From Cereibacter sphaeroides 2.4.1 (GTDB lineage Bacteria > Pseudomonadota > Alphaproteobacteria > Rhodobacterales > Rhodobacteraceae), in assembly GCF_000012905.2 (NCBI RefSeq), contig NC_007493.2:270001-302000 (forward strand): a DNA stretch of 32,000 nt. The letters run 5' to 3'. Of this stretch, positions 8,210-19,155 are shown in pieces. The translations under genes and the position numbers were made by a program. Within the stretch, counting starts at the first letter, position 1; each line of letters opens with the position of its first letter. Under the pieces are notes generated by a model. It saw only the letters and a list, made by a program, of their open reading frames with translations, was not told the origin of the DNA and made no database searches.

Positions 8210-9051
8210 TCGTAGAAGCCGCGGGCGGTCTTCCGGCCGAGCCATCCTGCCTCGACATATTTCACCAGAAGCGGGCAGGGCCGGTATTTCGTATCGGCCA
8301 GCCCGTCGTGCAGCACGTTCATGATCGCAAGGCAGGTGTCGAGCCCGATGAAATCCGCGAGCTCCAGCGGCCCCATCGGATGATTCGCCCCGAGCTTCAT
8401 CGACTCGTCGATCGAGCGCACCGAGCCCACGCCTTCATAGAGCGTGTAGACCGCTTCGTTGATCATCGGCACGAGGATGCGGTTGACGATGAAGGCCGGG
8501 AAATCCTCGGCGCTGGCCGCGGTCTTGCCGAGGCTCTGCACCACCTTGAGCAGCGCCTGATAGGTCGGGTCGTCGGTCGCGATGCCGCGGATCAGCTCGA
8601 CGAGCTGCATCACCGGCACCGGGTTCATGAAGTGAAAGCCCATGAATTTCTCGGGCCGGTCCGTGCGCGAGGCAAGCCGTGTGATCGAGATCGAGGAGGT
8701 GTTCGAGGTCAGGATCGTGTGCGGCAGAAGATGCGGCACCAGATCCTCGAAGATCGCCTGTTTCACCGTCTCGCGCTCGGTGGCGGCCTCGATCACGAGG
8801 TCGCTCCTGGCGATGTCGGTGAGGGTCTGGGTGGTGCGGATCCGCCCGAGCGCCGCGGCCTTGTCCTCGGCCGAGACCTTCCCGCGCGAGACCTGCCGCT
8901 CCATGTTGCGCTCGATGGTCGAGAGCGCCTTGTTCAGCCCTTCGGCGCTGATGTCGTTCAGCAGCACCTCGTAGCCCGCGAGCGAGAAGACATGCGCGAT
9001 ACCGCTGCCCATCTGTCCCGCGCCCACGACGCCGACCTTGCGGATCTCCAT
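8176..9051 (-). CDS. hbd: 3-hydroxybutyryl-CoA / 3-hydroxyacyl-CoA dehydrogenase
   Basis: Start at MEIRKVGVVGAGQMGSGIA (Rossmann GxGxxG), preceded by AGGAGG. Also FHFMNPVPVMQLVE and ANHPMGPLELADFIGLD. TAG stop at 8176..8178. Confidence 0.92.
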   Translation of the reverse strand: MEIRKVGVVGAGQMGSGIAHVFSLAGYEVLLNDISAEGLNKALSTIERNMERQVSRGKVSAEDKAAALGRIRTTQTLTDIARSDLVIEAATERETVKQAIFEDLVPHLLPHTILTSNTSSISITRLASRTDRPEKFMGFHFMNPVPVMQLVELIRGIATDDPTYQALLKVVQSLGKTAASAEDFPAFIVNRILVPMINEAVYTLYEGVGSVRSIDESMKLGANHPMGPLELADFIGLDTCLAIMNVLHDGLADTKYRPCPLLVKYVEAGWLGRKTARGFYDYRGETPVPTR

Positions 9052-9219
9052 GCCGTCCCTCCTGCTTGCTCGCGCGAACATTAGGCGGAGGCCCGTGGCG
9101 CACGCAAGGGCGGCCCCCGCCCGCCGGAGGCCGAGACTTCGCGTCAAATGCGGCTTTTAGGCATTTGGCAACAGCTCCGCCGCATCGTGGCCGGCGGGTG
9201 AACTATCGAGGTGGGTGTC

Positions 9220-10044
9220 ATGGCCTTCGCACATCAGGGCGAAAGCGCCCTGGAGTATTATCCCTGCCGGTATGGCGGGTCTCGTCTGATGTTCCGCGGC
9301 CCCCGCCGCAGCCTCGACGGGCCGTTCTGTGCCGTGCTGGGCGGCACCGAGACCTACGGCAAGTTCGTGCCGCAGCCCTATCCGGCTCTGGTGGAAGAGG
9401 CGACGGGGCTGCGGCTGGTCAATCTCGCCTGCATGAATGCGGGGATCGACCTCTATCTCAACGATCCCTCCGTCACGCAGGTGGCCTCGAAGGCGACGCT
9501 GGCGATCCTGCAGGTGGTGGGGGCTGCCAATCTCACCAACCGGCTCTATTCGGTTCATCCGCGGCGCAACGACCGGTTCCTGGCCGCCTCGCCGGTGCTT
9601 CAGACCATCTACCGCGAGGTGGATTTCGCCGACTTCGCCTTCACGCGGCACATGGTGCAGACGCTTCACGCCGTCTCGCCCGAGAAGTTCCTGCAGGTCG
9701 AGGCCGAGCTCCGGGCGGCCTGGGTCGCGCGGATGCGCACGCTGCTGGGGCGGATCAGTGCGCCGACGCTGCTCCTGTGGATCGCGGATCATCCGCCGCC
9801 CGAGCGCGGGCCGCTCACGCCCGATCTGACGCCGCTTCTGATCGATGCGGACATGATCGCGGCGGTGCGGCCCCATGCGAGCCATTACCTCCAGATCGTC
9901 ACCTCGCGCGAGGCGCAGGCCTGCGGGACGGACGGCATGCGCTTTGCCCCGCTCGACGGGCCCGTCGCGGCCGAGCTGCCCGGCCCGGCCGTTCATGCCG
10001 AGATCGCGGCGGCGCTGGTGCCGGTCCTGAGAGAGCTGATGTGA
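9220..10044 (+). CDS. Conserved hypothetical protein of unknown function
   Basis: 274 aa from ATG 9220, with GAGGTG 7 nt upstream; the track ORF starts at GTG 9211. Good high-GC third-position bias and a protein-like composition. No catalytic motif that I recognise. From memory it resembles Rhodobacterales DUF-only proteins (possibly DUF6473); this is unverified. Confidence 0.65.
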   Translation: MAFAHQGESALEYYPCRYGGSRLMFRGPRRSLDGPFCAVLGGTETYGKFVPQPYPALVEEATGLRLVNLACMNAGIDLYLNDPSVTQVASKATLAILQVVGAANLTNRLYSVHPRRNDRFLAASPVLQTIYREVDFADFAFTRHMVQTLHAVSPEKFLQVEAELRAAWVARMRTLLGRISAPTLLLWIADHPPPERGPLTPDLTPLLIDADMIAAVRPHASHYLQIVTSREAQACGTDGMRFAPLDGPVAAELPGPAVHAEIAAALVPVLRELM

Positions 10045-10047
10045 AAC

Positions 10048-10067
10048 GGGCGCCCCGGGGGGCGCCC
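10048..10067. terminator. GC-rich palindromic hairpin between the convergent hypothetical gene and etfA
   Basis: GGGCGCC-N6-GGCGCCC lies between stops at 10044 (+) and 10092 (-). There is no clear U-tract on either strand. Confidence 0.35.
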
Positions 10068-10091
10068 GCCTGCGACCGGCTCAGATCCGGT

Positions 10092-11018
10092 TCAGAGCTT
10101 GCCGGTCAGTTCCGGCACGAGGCTGAAGAGGTCGCCCACGAGGCCATAGTCGGCCACCTGGAAGATCGGCGCCTCCTCGTCCTTGTTGATGGCGACGATG
10201 ATCTTCGAATCCTTCATCCCGGCGAGGTGCTGGATCGCGCCCGAGATGCCCACGGCGATATAGAGCTGCGGCGCCACGACCTTGCCGGTCTGCCCCACCT
10301 GCCAGTCGTTCGGCGCATAGCCCGAATCGACCGCCGCACGCGAGGCCCCCACCGCCGCGCCGAGCTTGTCGGCCAGCTGCTCGATCATGGCGAAATTCTC
10401 TTCCGAGCCGAGCCCGCGGCCGCCCGAGACCACGATCCGCGCCGAGGTCAGTTCCGGCCGGTCGGAGGCCGCGACCTTGTCCTCGACCCACGAGGAGAGG
10501 CCGCTGTCGGCGGTGGCCGAGATGGTCTCGACGGGGGCCGAGCCGCCCTTGCCGGCCGCCTCGAAGGTGGCCGTCCGCACTGTGGCGACCTTGGTCGCGT
10601 CCGAGCTCTTCACCGTCTGGATCGCGTTGCCGGCATAGATCGGACGCTCGAACGTGTCGGCATCCACCACCGCCGTGATCTCCGAGATCACCATGACGTC
10701 AAGGAGCGCGGCCACCCGCGGCAGCACGTTCTTGGCCGCCGAGGTGGCCGGCGCGAGAATGTGGCTGTAGCCCGGCGCGAGGCCGAGGATCAGGTCGGCC
10801 AGCGGCTCGGCCAGACCGTTGCCATAGGCGGCATCGTCGGCCGCAAGCACCTTGGCCACGCCGTCGAAGGTCGCGGCTTCGGCCGCGGCGGCGTCGACGC
10901 CCGTGCCCGCCACGAGCACGGTCACGTCGCCCAGGGCCTTCGCCGCGGTCAGCGCCTTGGCGGTCGAATCCGCGCCCAGCGTGCCGCCGGTCACTTCGGC
11001 AATCAGAAGAACGGCCAT
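10092..11018 (-). CDS. etfA: Electron transfer flavoprotein subunit alpha
   Basis: 308 aa, MAVLLIAE...; C-terminal FAD-binding segment [34 protein letters not shown]. Its ATG shares one nucleotide with the etfB TGA. Confidence 0.95.
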   Translation of the reverse strand: MAVLLIAEVTGGTLGADSTAKALTAAKALGDVTVLVAGTGVDAAAAEAATFDGVAKVLAADDAAYGNGLAEPLADLILGLAPGYSHILAPATSAAKNVLPRVAALLDVMVISEITAVVDADTFERPIYAGNAIQTVKSSDATKVATVRTATFEAAGKGGSAPVETISATADSGLSSWVEDKVAASDRPELTSARIVVSGGRGLGSEENFAMIEQLADKLGAAVGASRAAVDSGYAPNDWQVGQTGKVVAPQLYIAVGISGAIQHLAGMKDSKIIVAINKDEEAPIFQVADYGLVGDLFSLVPELTGKL

Positions 11019-11779
11019 CAGATCACCCCCGCTTCGTCTTTCAGTTTCGCGATCAGCTCGTCGACCGAACCCACCATCACGCCGGCCTTGCGGCCCGCCG
11101 GCTCGGAGGTCTTCACGACCGACAGCCGCGGCGTCACGTCGACGCCGAAATCGGCCGCGGTCTTTTCTTCCAGCGGCTTCTTCTTGGCCTTCATGATGTT
11201 GGGCAGCGAGGCATAGCGCGGCTCGTTCATCCGCAGATCCACCGTCACCACGGTCGGCATCTTGACCTTGATGGTCTGCATGCCGCCGTCCACCTCGCGG
11301 GTGACCACGGCCGCATCGCCCTCGATGGCCAGATCCGAGGCGAAGGTCGCCTGGCTCCAGCCGAGCAGCGCCGACAGCATCTGCCCGGTGGCGTTCATGT
11401 CATTGTCGATGGCCTGCTTGCCGCAGATCACGAGGCCCGGCTGTTCGGCCTCGACCACGCCCTTCAGGATCTTCGCCACCGCCAGCGGCTCGATGTCCTG
11501 ATGCACGTCCGAGGCGGCCTCGACGAGGATCGCGCGGTCCGCCCCCATGGCGAGCGCCGTGCGCAGCGTCTCCTGCGCCTGCTTCACGCCGATCGAGACC
11601 ACCACCACCTCGGTCGCCGTGCCGGCCTCGCGCAGACGGATCGCCGCTTCGACCGCGATTTCGTCGAACGGGTTCATCGACATCTTCACGTTCGCAAGAT
11701 CGACCCCGCTCCCGTCCGCCTTCACGCGAACCTTCACGTTGTAGTCGATCACGCGCTTGACAGGCACCAGAACCTTCAT
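11018..11779 (-). CDS. etfB: Electron transfer flavoprotein subunit beta
   Basis: Start at [19 protein letters not shown] (ATG 11779). The track ORF begins 3 codons earlier at a TTG. Typical ETF-beta N-terminus and MNPFDEIA segment. Confidence 0.95.
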   Translation of the reverse strand: MKVLVPVKRVIDYNVKVRVKADGSGVDLANVKMSMNPFDEIAVEAAIRLREAGTATEVVVVSIGVKQAQETLRTALAMGADRAILVEAASDVHQDIEPLAVAKILKGVVEAEQPGLVICGKQAIDNDMNATGQMLSALLGWSQATFASDLAIEGDAAVVTREVDGGMQTIKVKMPTVVTVDLRMNEPRYASLPNIMKAKKKPLEEKTAADFGVDVTPRLSVVKTSEPAGRKAGVMVGSVDELIAKLKDEAGVI

Positions 11780-11909
11780 CAGTGGCAATCTCCCTTCTCA
11801 TCCGCCCTCGCGGGCAAGCTCTCCGCGATGTTGTTAGCCGCATCGAACCTGCCGCAACAGATCAAAACCGACCGTCAACCTCCGTCCGACGTCGCGTCTT
11901 CATGCGTCC

Positions 11910-12488
11910 TTATGCCTCACGCGTGAGGCCGGGAACCCAGAGCACGTCGGCCCGCCCGTCGTCGTTGGCGATCCGGCCGGCGACGAAGAACCAGTCGGAA
12001 AGGCGGTTGAGATAGCGCAGGGCCTCGGGGTTCACCGACTCCACGGTGGCCAGTTCGACCAGTTCGCGCTCGGCCCGGCGGCTCACGGTGCGACAGAGGT
12101 GGAGCTGGGCCGCCAGCGCCGAGCCGCCCGGGAGGATGAAGCTGCGCAGCGGCTCGAGCCGCGCGTTCATTCCGTCGATCTCGCGCTCGAGCCGGTTCAC
12201 CTGGGCGGCAATGATGCGGAGCGGCGTGTAGTCCGCCTCGTGGTCGCGCTCCATCTCGGGGCGGCAGAGGTCCGCGCCGAGGTCGAAGAGGTCGTTCGAG
12301 ATCCGGGCGAGCGCCTCCTGCATCTCGCCCTGCGCATGGAGCCGGGCAAGGCCCACCGTGGCGTTGGTCTCGTCGACCGTGCCATAGGCGGCGACGCGGG
12401 GCGAATGCTTGGCCACCCGCGCGCCATTGCCGAGCGCCGTCTCGCCGGCATCGCCGGTGCGCGTGTAGATCCTCGACAGAACGACCAT
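11910..12488 (-). CDS. PduO-type ATP:cob(I)alamin adenosyltransferase
   Basis: 192 aa from the internal ATG at 12488: MVVLSRIYTRTGDAGETAL (typical PduO-type N-terminus) ...FILPGGS.... The upstream part of ORF 11910..12755 is out-of-family sequence. The ATG overlaps the stop of the upstream small gene (TAATG). Confidence 0.9.
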   Translation of the reverse strand: MVVLSRIYTRTGDAGETALGNGARVAKHSPRVAAYGTVDETNATVGLARLHAQGEMQEALARISNDLFDLGADLCRPEMERDHEADYTPLRIIAAQVNRLEREIDGMNARLEPLRSFILPGGSALAAQLHLCRTVSRRAERELVELATVESVNPEALRYLNRLSDWFFVAGRIANDDGRADVLWVPGLTREA

Positions 12489-12697
12489 TAGAACCCTCCC
12501 GATTGCCGCCAGGCCATGAACAGCAGGATGAGAGCGATCGCAATCGCCTGCGCGATGATGCGCCAGCGCATCAGCCGGTTGGCGTGCTTGCGGTTGAACT
12601 CGCCGCCGCGCGCGAAGCCGCCGATCCCGACCATGAGGACGACGAGCACCGCCAGCACGGCCAGGGCGACGACGATGAACAACGGGTCGTGCAGCAT
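12488..12697 (-). CDS. Twin-transmembrane-helix small protein (HIG1-domain-like)
   Basis: 69 aa with two hydrophobic helices, LFIVVALAVLAVLVVLMVGIGGF and IIAQAIAIALILLFMAW. Between them, RWRIIAQ fits the (R/H)xRxxxQ core I recall for HIG1/Rcf1 proteins. Strong SD (GGGAGGAG) upstream. Confidence 0.8.
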   Translation of the reverse strand: MLHDPLFIVVALAVLAVLVVLMVGIGGFARGGEFNRKHANRLMRWRIIAQAIAIALILLFMAWRQSGGF

Positions 12698-12864
12698 GGC
12701 TCTCCTCCCGATTTGTCGGCGTGATGTAGCGGCCCGGGCGGAAAAAGCGACTCATTTCCGCTGCATCTTATTGAATCTTGGACCGCGGGATGCGGCATGC
12801 GGGGGAGCCGGGCGGGCAACCTGACGCCACGGCCGCGCGCCGGATGTGGCGCCTGTGGGAGGGG

Positions 12865-13680
12865 TCAGCGGCCGAGCACCCGGTCGAGCGCCGCGGTCGG
12901 CAGGAGCCGCCGCAGCACCCAGGCGGTGCGGCTCGGCACGGTGATCCGGTAGCGCGCGCGGGGGCGGGGGCTTTCCAGCGCCTGCACCAGCTTTTCCGTG
13001 ACGGCGGATGGGGGCAGCTGCCAGCGATCCTCGCCGCCCTCGTAGAGCCGGCCCAGAAGCGTGCGATACTGGTCGGCGCGGGCCGAGGCTCTCCAGTCGA
13101 TCCAGCGCTCGAAATGCGGGATGGAATTCTCGCGGATCCGCGAGGCGATGGGGCCCGGTTCCAGCAGGATCACCCGGATCGGCGTGTCTGCCATCTCGAT
13201 CCGCAGCACATCGGTCAGCCCCTCCATCGCGAATTTCGAGGCGACATAGGCGCCGCGCCAGGGATAGGCCACGAAGCCCAACACCGAGGAGCAATTGACG
13301 ATCCGCCCGTGCCCCTGACGGCGCATGATCGGGATGACCCGCCGCGTCAGGTCGTGGACGCCCACGATATTGGTCTCGAGCACGGCCCGCAGCGCCTCGC
13401 GCGGCAGATCCTCCACCGCGCCCGGGCAAGCGAAGGCGCCGTTGTTGTAGAGCGCGTCGAGCGTGCCGCCGGTGCGGCGCGTGGCCTCCTCGACGGCGGC
13501 GGCGAGGCTTTCGGGATCGTCGTAATCGAGCCGGAAGCTCTCGAGCCCCTCGCTGCGGAGGCGGTCGCAGTCGGCTTCCTGCCGGCAGGTGGCGAAGACC
13601 CGCCAGCCGCGGGCCGCAAGTCCCCGTGCCGCGTCGAGCCCGATGCCCGACGAGCAGCCCGTGATCAGAACGCTTTTCAT
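12865..13680 (-). CDS. Short-chain dehydrogenase/reductase (classical SDR)
   Basis: Start at MKSVLITGCSSGIGLD (TGxxxGIG cofactor motif). NNG motif (LYNNGAF); catalytic YVASK (YxxxK). Confidence 0.9.
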   Translation of the reverse strand: MKSVLITGCSSGIGLDAARGLAARGWRVFATCRQEADCDRLRSEGLESFRLDYDDPESLAAAVEEATRRTGGTLDALYNNGAFACPGAVEDLPREALRAVLETNIVGVHDLTRRVIPIMRRQGHGRIVNCSSVLGFVAYPWRGAYVASKFAMEGLTDVLRIEMADTPIRVILLEPGPIASRIRENSIPHFERWIDWRASARADQYRTLLGRLYEGGEDRWQLPPSAVTEKLVQALESPRPRARYRITVPSRTAWVLRRLLPTAALDRVLGR

Positions 13681-13686
13681 CCGGAG

Positions 13687-13727
13687 CCCCGCCCTCGCCT
13701 GCGCTCCTCTTGGCGCAAAGGGCGGGG
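13687..13727 (-). promoter_or_regulatory. Extended hairpin abutting the SDR start codon and covering its likely SD
   Basis: CCCCGCCCT (13687..13695) pairs with AGGGCGGGG (13719..13727), with an inner TGCGC/GCGCA helix. On the minus strand the 3' arm ends 6 nt before the ATG at 13680. Confidence 0.4.
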
Positions 13728-13910
13728 AAGGCCAAGGGGTAGGCGGAGCCTCGGGACGCACTCCTGTCAGGGGAGGGAAGACGCTCTGCCGCCGCGGGCT
13801 TCATCGGAGACGAGCCGGGCACTCCGTGCCGGAGAAACAGGCAGGCGTGGGATCGGGCAGGCGTGGAGTTCGCCTCGCGCGCAGGATGACGGCGCAAGAA
13901 GCCATTGGGG

Positions 13911-13947
13911 CGTGACCTTTGGCGTCAGCGCCCTGCGCGCAAGGTCA
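13911..13947 (-). terminator. Hairpin ~35 nt downstream of the SH3b gene stop
   Basis: GTGACCTT (13911..13918) pairs with AAGGTCAC (13940..13947) across a 21-nt loop containing a small inner GGCG/CGCC helix. No clean U-tract. Confidence 0.35.
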
Positions 13948-13980
13948 CGGCGAGCCCGATCCGCGATGCCGGGCCGGAGA

Positions 13981-14541
13981 TCAGAAGGCGGTGCCGGGCG
14001 CGAGGAAGCGGGCGGCCATGTAGCCCGAGACGCCGTCGCCTTCGATGCGGATCGGTGCCCAGCTTCCCTCCTGCGGGCCGTCGACCAGCACCGCGTCTCC
14101 GCGCAGCACCCGGCCGACCACCGGATAGGCCGTCGAGGGGCCGCTGCGGACATTGACCGCGTCGGCCGTCACATGGCGCACCTCTCCCGCAGGTTGCCGC
14201 GTCTCGGCGACCGTGGCGGCGGCCAGCACCGGCTGCGGTGCGCGGGTCTCGGCTGCGCGCGGCGGCAGCGGCAGGACCTGCACCCAGTCGCCGCGGTAGC
14301 GCGTCGCGGGCAGCGCAACGGGGGTGGGGGCGGGCGTCGTCACCGGCTGGGCCTCGGCGGCCACCGTCAGCGTCCGCGCCGCTTCCAGCGAGGCCGTCTC
14401 GACGGGCGTCACCACCGGGCGCGGATGGGGTTCGAGCTTCGCAGCGGCGGCCAGTCCCGGCCGCATCTGGCCGGTATCGCGGCCGCCGATCAGCAGGACG
14501 GCAAATAGGGTGCAGCAAAGAAGCAACGTCAGACGCAGCAT
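13981..14541 (-). CDS. Membrane-anchored or secreted protein with a C-terminal bacterial SH3 (SH3b) domain
   Basis: Start at MLRLTLLLCCTLFAVLLIGG (signal/anchor), with GGAG upstream. A Pro/Ala/Thr-rich linker is followed by VNVRSGPSTAYPVVGRVLRGDAVLV...GYMAARFL, typical of SH3_3 domains. Confidence 0.75.
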   Translation of the reverse strand: MLRLTLLLCCTLFAVLLIGGRDTGQMRPGLAAAAKLEPHPRPVVTPVETASLEAARTLTVAAEAQPVTTPAPTPVALPATRYRGDWVQVLPLPPRAAETRAPQPVLAAATVAETRQPAGEVRHVTADAVNVRSGPSTAYPVVGRVLRGDAVLVDGPQEGSWAPIRIEGDGVSGYMAARFLAPGTAF

Positions 14542-14674
14542 GGGAAAAATCTCCGGGATCAATGAGGAGGCTGGGGCCGTGCCTCCCTTGCCCTGTGAAC
14601 CGCGTTCCCCGGCGGCAGGTTCCCGGATTCCTTTCCGTCTGGACCGGAGCGGCAGCCGGGACTAGACACGCGCC

Positions 14675-16978
<2,304 letters not shown>

Positions 16979-16995
16979 CGCGCGGGCGGCCGGAG

Positions 16996-17047
16996 CCGGG
17001 GGCTTCGCGCCCCCGGACCCCCGCGGGATATTTGGGCAGAGTGAAAG
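16996..17047 (+). repeat. Copy B of the hairpin-plus-tail repeat, 17 nt downstream of the parC stop and in parC sense
   Basis: ccgggggc-ttcgc-gcccccgg-acccccgcgggatatttgggcagagtgaaag. It is followed by the 12-nt palindrome CCGGGCGCCCGG (17050..17061). Confidence 0.7.
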
Positions 17048-17136
17048 GGCCGGGCGCCCGGGGGCGGTTCCGCGGGCGGCGGTTGCACGGCGGGACGGGG
17101 CAAGTTATGCGGGGTCACCCTCTTTCGGAGAAGCCC

Positions 17137-17712
17137 ATGATCCTGCGCCTCGCAGCCCTCTGCCTTGCGGCCCTGCTCGTGACCGCCTGCCAGCGCAACG
17201 ACCTGAAGGAACCGCCCGTCGATCTGGGCGATTTCGCGCTCGGGCTGAACATCGTCGTGGCGGATCATGCGCAGAAGGTGCCGATCTCGCGCGAGGCCTC
17301 GGTCGAGGAGTGGGAAGCGGTCATGAAGACGGCGATCGACGACCGGTTCGGGCGCTACGAGGGGACGAAGCTCTACAATCTGGGCGTCAGCATCGACGGC
17401 TATGCGCTGGCTCCGCCCGGCATCCCGGTGGTTGCGGCGCCGAAGTCTGTGATCGCGATCACGGCCAACATCTGGGACGATGCGGCCGGCGCCAAGCTCA
17501 ACGAGAAGGGCGAGAAGATGACCGTCTTCGAGAGCCTGACCGGCGGCTCCATCGTGGGCAGCGGCTATACGATGAGCAAGGACGAGCAGATGGAGGCGCT
17601 GGCCTACAATGCGGCCAAGCGGATCGAGGGCTGGCTCGTCGCCCATCCCGAGTGGTTCGGCCTGCCGCCGCTGCCGCCGAAACCCGCGCCCGCGCCGGGG
17701 AAAGACAAGTGA
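17137..17712 (+). CDS. Putative lipoprotein of unknown function
   Basis: The last 191 codons of track ORF 16144..17712. ATG 17137 has GGAG 6 nt upstream. Signal peptide MILRLAALCLAALLVTAC with a lipobox Cys; Pro-rich C-terminal tail. Confidence 0.7.
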   Translation: MILRLAALCLAALLVTACQRNDLKEPPVDLGDFALGLNIVVADHAQKVPISREASVEEWEAVMKTAIDDRFGRYEGTKLYNLGVSIDGYALAPPGIPVVAAPKSVIAITANIWDDAAGAKLNEKGEKMTVFESLTGGSIVGSGYTMSKDEQMEALAYNAAKRIEGWLVAHPEWFGLPPLPPKPAPAPGKDK

Positions 17713-17715
17713 TAC

Positions 17716-17744
17716 TTGATTTTCTTCCTGCCAATGGATAACTC
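17716..17744 (+). promoter_or_regulatory. Candidate sigma-70-type promoter upstream of tuf
   Basis: TTGATT (17716..17721), a 17-nt spacer, then TAACTC (17739..17744). It sits in the most AT-rich stretch of this spacer, ~70 nt upstream of the tuf ATG. Confidence 0.3.
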
Positions 17745-17812
17745 CGCCGCCGTGTAGAACGGGCTGTCCGGTGTCGCTTGGGCCGCCCCCCAATCCGCGA
17801 GGCGCTCCGCCA

Positions 17813-18988
17813 ATGGCAAAGGCAAAGTTTGAACGTAACAAACCGCACGTCAACATCGGCACGATCGGCCACGTTGACCACGGCAAGACGACTCTGACGG
17901 CCGCGATCACGAAGTATTTCGGCGAGTTCCGCGCCTACGACCAGATCGACGGCGCGCCGGAAGAGCGGGCCCGCGGGATCACGATCTCGACCGCGCACGT
18001 GGAATACGAGTCGGACACGCGCCACTATGCGCACGTCGACTGCCCCGGCCACGCCGACTATGTGAAGAACATGATCACCGGCGCCGCGCAGATGGACGGC
18101 GCGATCCTCGTGGTGAACGCGGCCGACGGCCCGATGCCGCAGACGCGCGAGCACATCCTGCTCGGCCGTCAGGTGGGCATCCCCTACATGGTCGTCTACA
18201 TGAACAAGGTCGACCAGGTGGACGATCCGGAACTCATCGAGCTGGTCGAGATGGAGATCCGCGAGCTTCTGTCGTCCTACGACTACCCCGGCGACGACAT
18301 TCCGATCATCAAGGGCTCGGCTCTGGCCGCGATGAACGGCACCGACAAGGAAATCGGCGAGGATTCGATCCGCGCGCTGATCGCCGCCGTGGATGAATAC
18401 ATCCCGACCCCGGCGCGTGCCGTGGACCAGCCCTTCCTGATGCCGGTCGAGGACGTGTTCTCGATCTCGGGCCGCGGCACCGTGGCCACGGGCCGGATCG
18501 AGCGCGGCGTGGTGAAGGTGGGCGAGGAACTCGAGATCGTCGGCATCCGCCCGTCGAAGAAGACGGTCTGCACCGGCGTCGAGATGTTCCGCAAGCTCCT
18601 CGACCAGGGCGAAGCGGGCGACAACGTGGGCCTGCTGCTCCGCGGCGTGGACCGCGACGGCATCGAGCGCGGGCAGGTTCTCTGCAAGCCGGGCTCGGTG
18701 AAGCCGCACACGAAGTTCGAGGCCGAGGCCTACATCCTCACGAAAGAGGAAGGCGGCCGCCACACCCCGTTCTTCGCGAACTACCGTCCGCAGTTCTACT
18801 TCCGGACCACCGACGTGACCGGGACCGTGCAGCTGCCGGAAGGCACCGAGATGGTGATGCCGGGCGACAACCTGAAGTTCAACGTCGAGCTGATCGCGCC
18901 GATCGCCATGGAAGAGAAGCTCCGCTTCGCCATCCGTGAAGGCGGCCGCACCGTCGGCGCCGGCGTCGTCTCGAAAATCATCGCCTGA
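17813..18988 (+). CDS. tuf: Translation elongation factor Tu
   Basis: 391 aa from [28 protein letters not shown]. Also DCPGHADY and NKVD. The upstream 14 codons of the track ORF are not part of EF-Tu. Confidence 0.98.
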   Translation: MAKAKFERNKPHVNIGTIGHVDHGKTTLTAAITKYFGEFRAYDQIDGAPEERARGITISTAHVEYESDTRHYAHVDCPGHADYVKNMITGAAQMDGAILVVNAADGPMPQTREHILLGRQVGIPYMVVYMNKVDQVDDPELIELVEMEIRELLSSYDYPGDDIPIIKGSALAAMNGTDKEIGEDSIRALIAAVDEYIPTPARAVDQPFLMPVEDVFSISGRGTVATGRIERGVVKVGEELEIVGIRPSKKTVCTGVEMFRKLLDQGEAGDNVGLLLRGVDRDGIERGQVLCKPGSVKPHTKFEAEAYILTKEEGGRHTPFFANYRPQFYFRTTDVTGTVQLPEGTEMVMPGDNLKFNVELIAPIAMEEKLRFAIREGGRTVGAGVVSKIIA

Positions 18989-19011
18989 TCCTGACGGATC
19001 GGTCGGCGCAG

Positions 19012-19044
19012 GGCGCGCGGGGCATCCCGCGCGCCTTTTCCTTT
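19012..19044 (+). terminator. Rho-independent terminator of tuf
   Basis: Perfect 10-bp stem GGCGCGCGGG / CCCGCGCGCC with a GCAT loop (19012..19035), followed by TTTTCCTTT. Confidence 0.8.
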
Positions 19045-19104
19045 GGCGCCGTCCGTGCGAGGGTAAGGCCCGCGCCGCATCCGGCGCCTGTGAGGGAGGC
19101 CCGC

Positions 19105-19125
19105 ATGGTGACGATCCGCATCTGA
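19105..19125 (+). promoter_or_regulatory. Candidate leader mini-ORF (MVTIRI-stop) upstream of the acetyltransferase gene
   Basis: GAGGGAGG (19092..19099) lies 5 nt before an ATG, followed by 6 codons and a TGA. The stop overlaps the 5' arm of a small hairpin (19121..19146), whose 3' arm touches the downstream SD. It is in the same reading frame as the acetyltransferase. Confidence 0.25.
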
Positions 19126-19155
19126 CCGTTTGTCCGAAACGCCAGAGGAGATCCC

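Noticed and set aside
9166-9180. Sigma-54-like TGGCA-N7-CCGC upstream of the hypothetical gene at 9220
   Set aside because: The GG-N10-GC spacing is right, but the -12 element is CCGC rather than TTGC, and no enhancer-binding-protein gene is nearby. The match is too weak to call.
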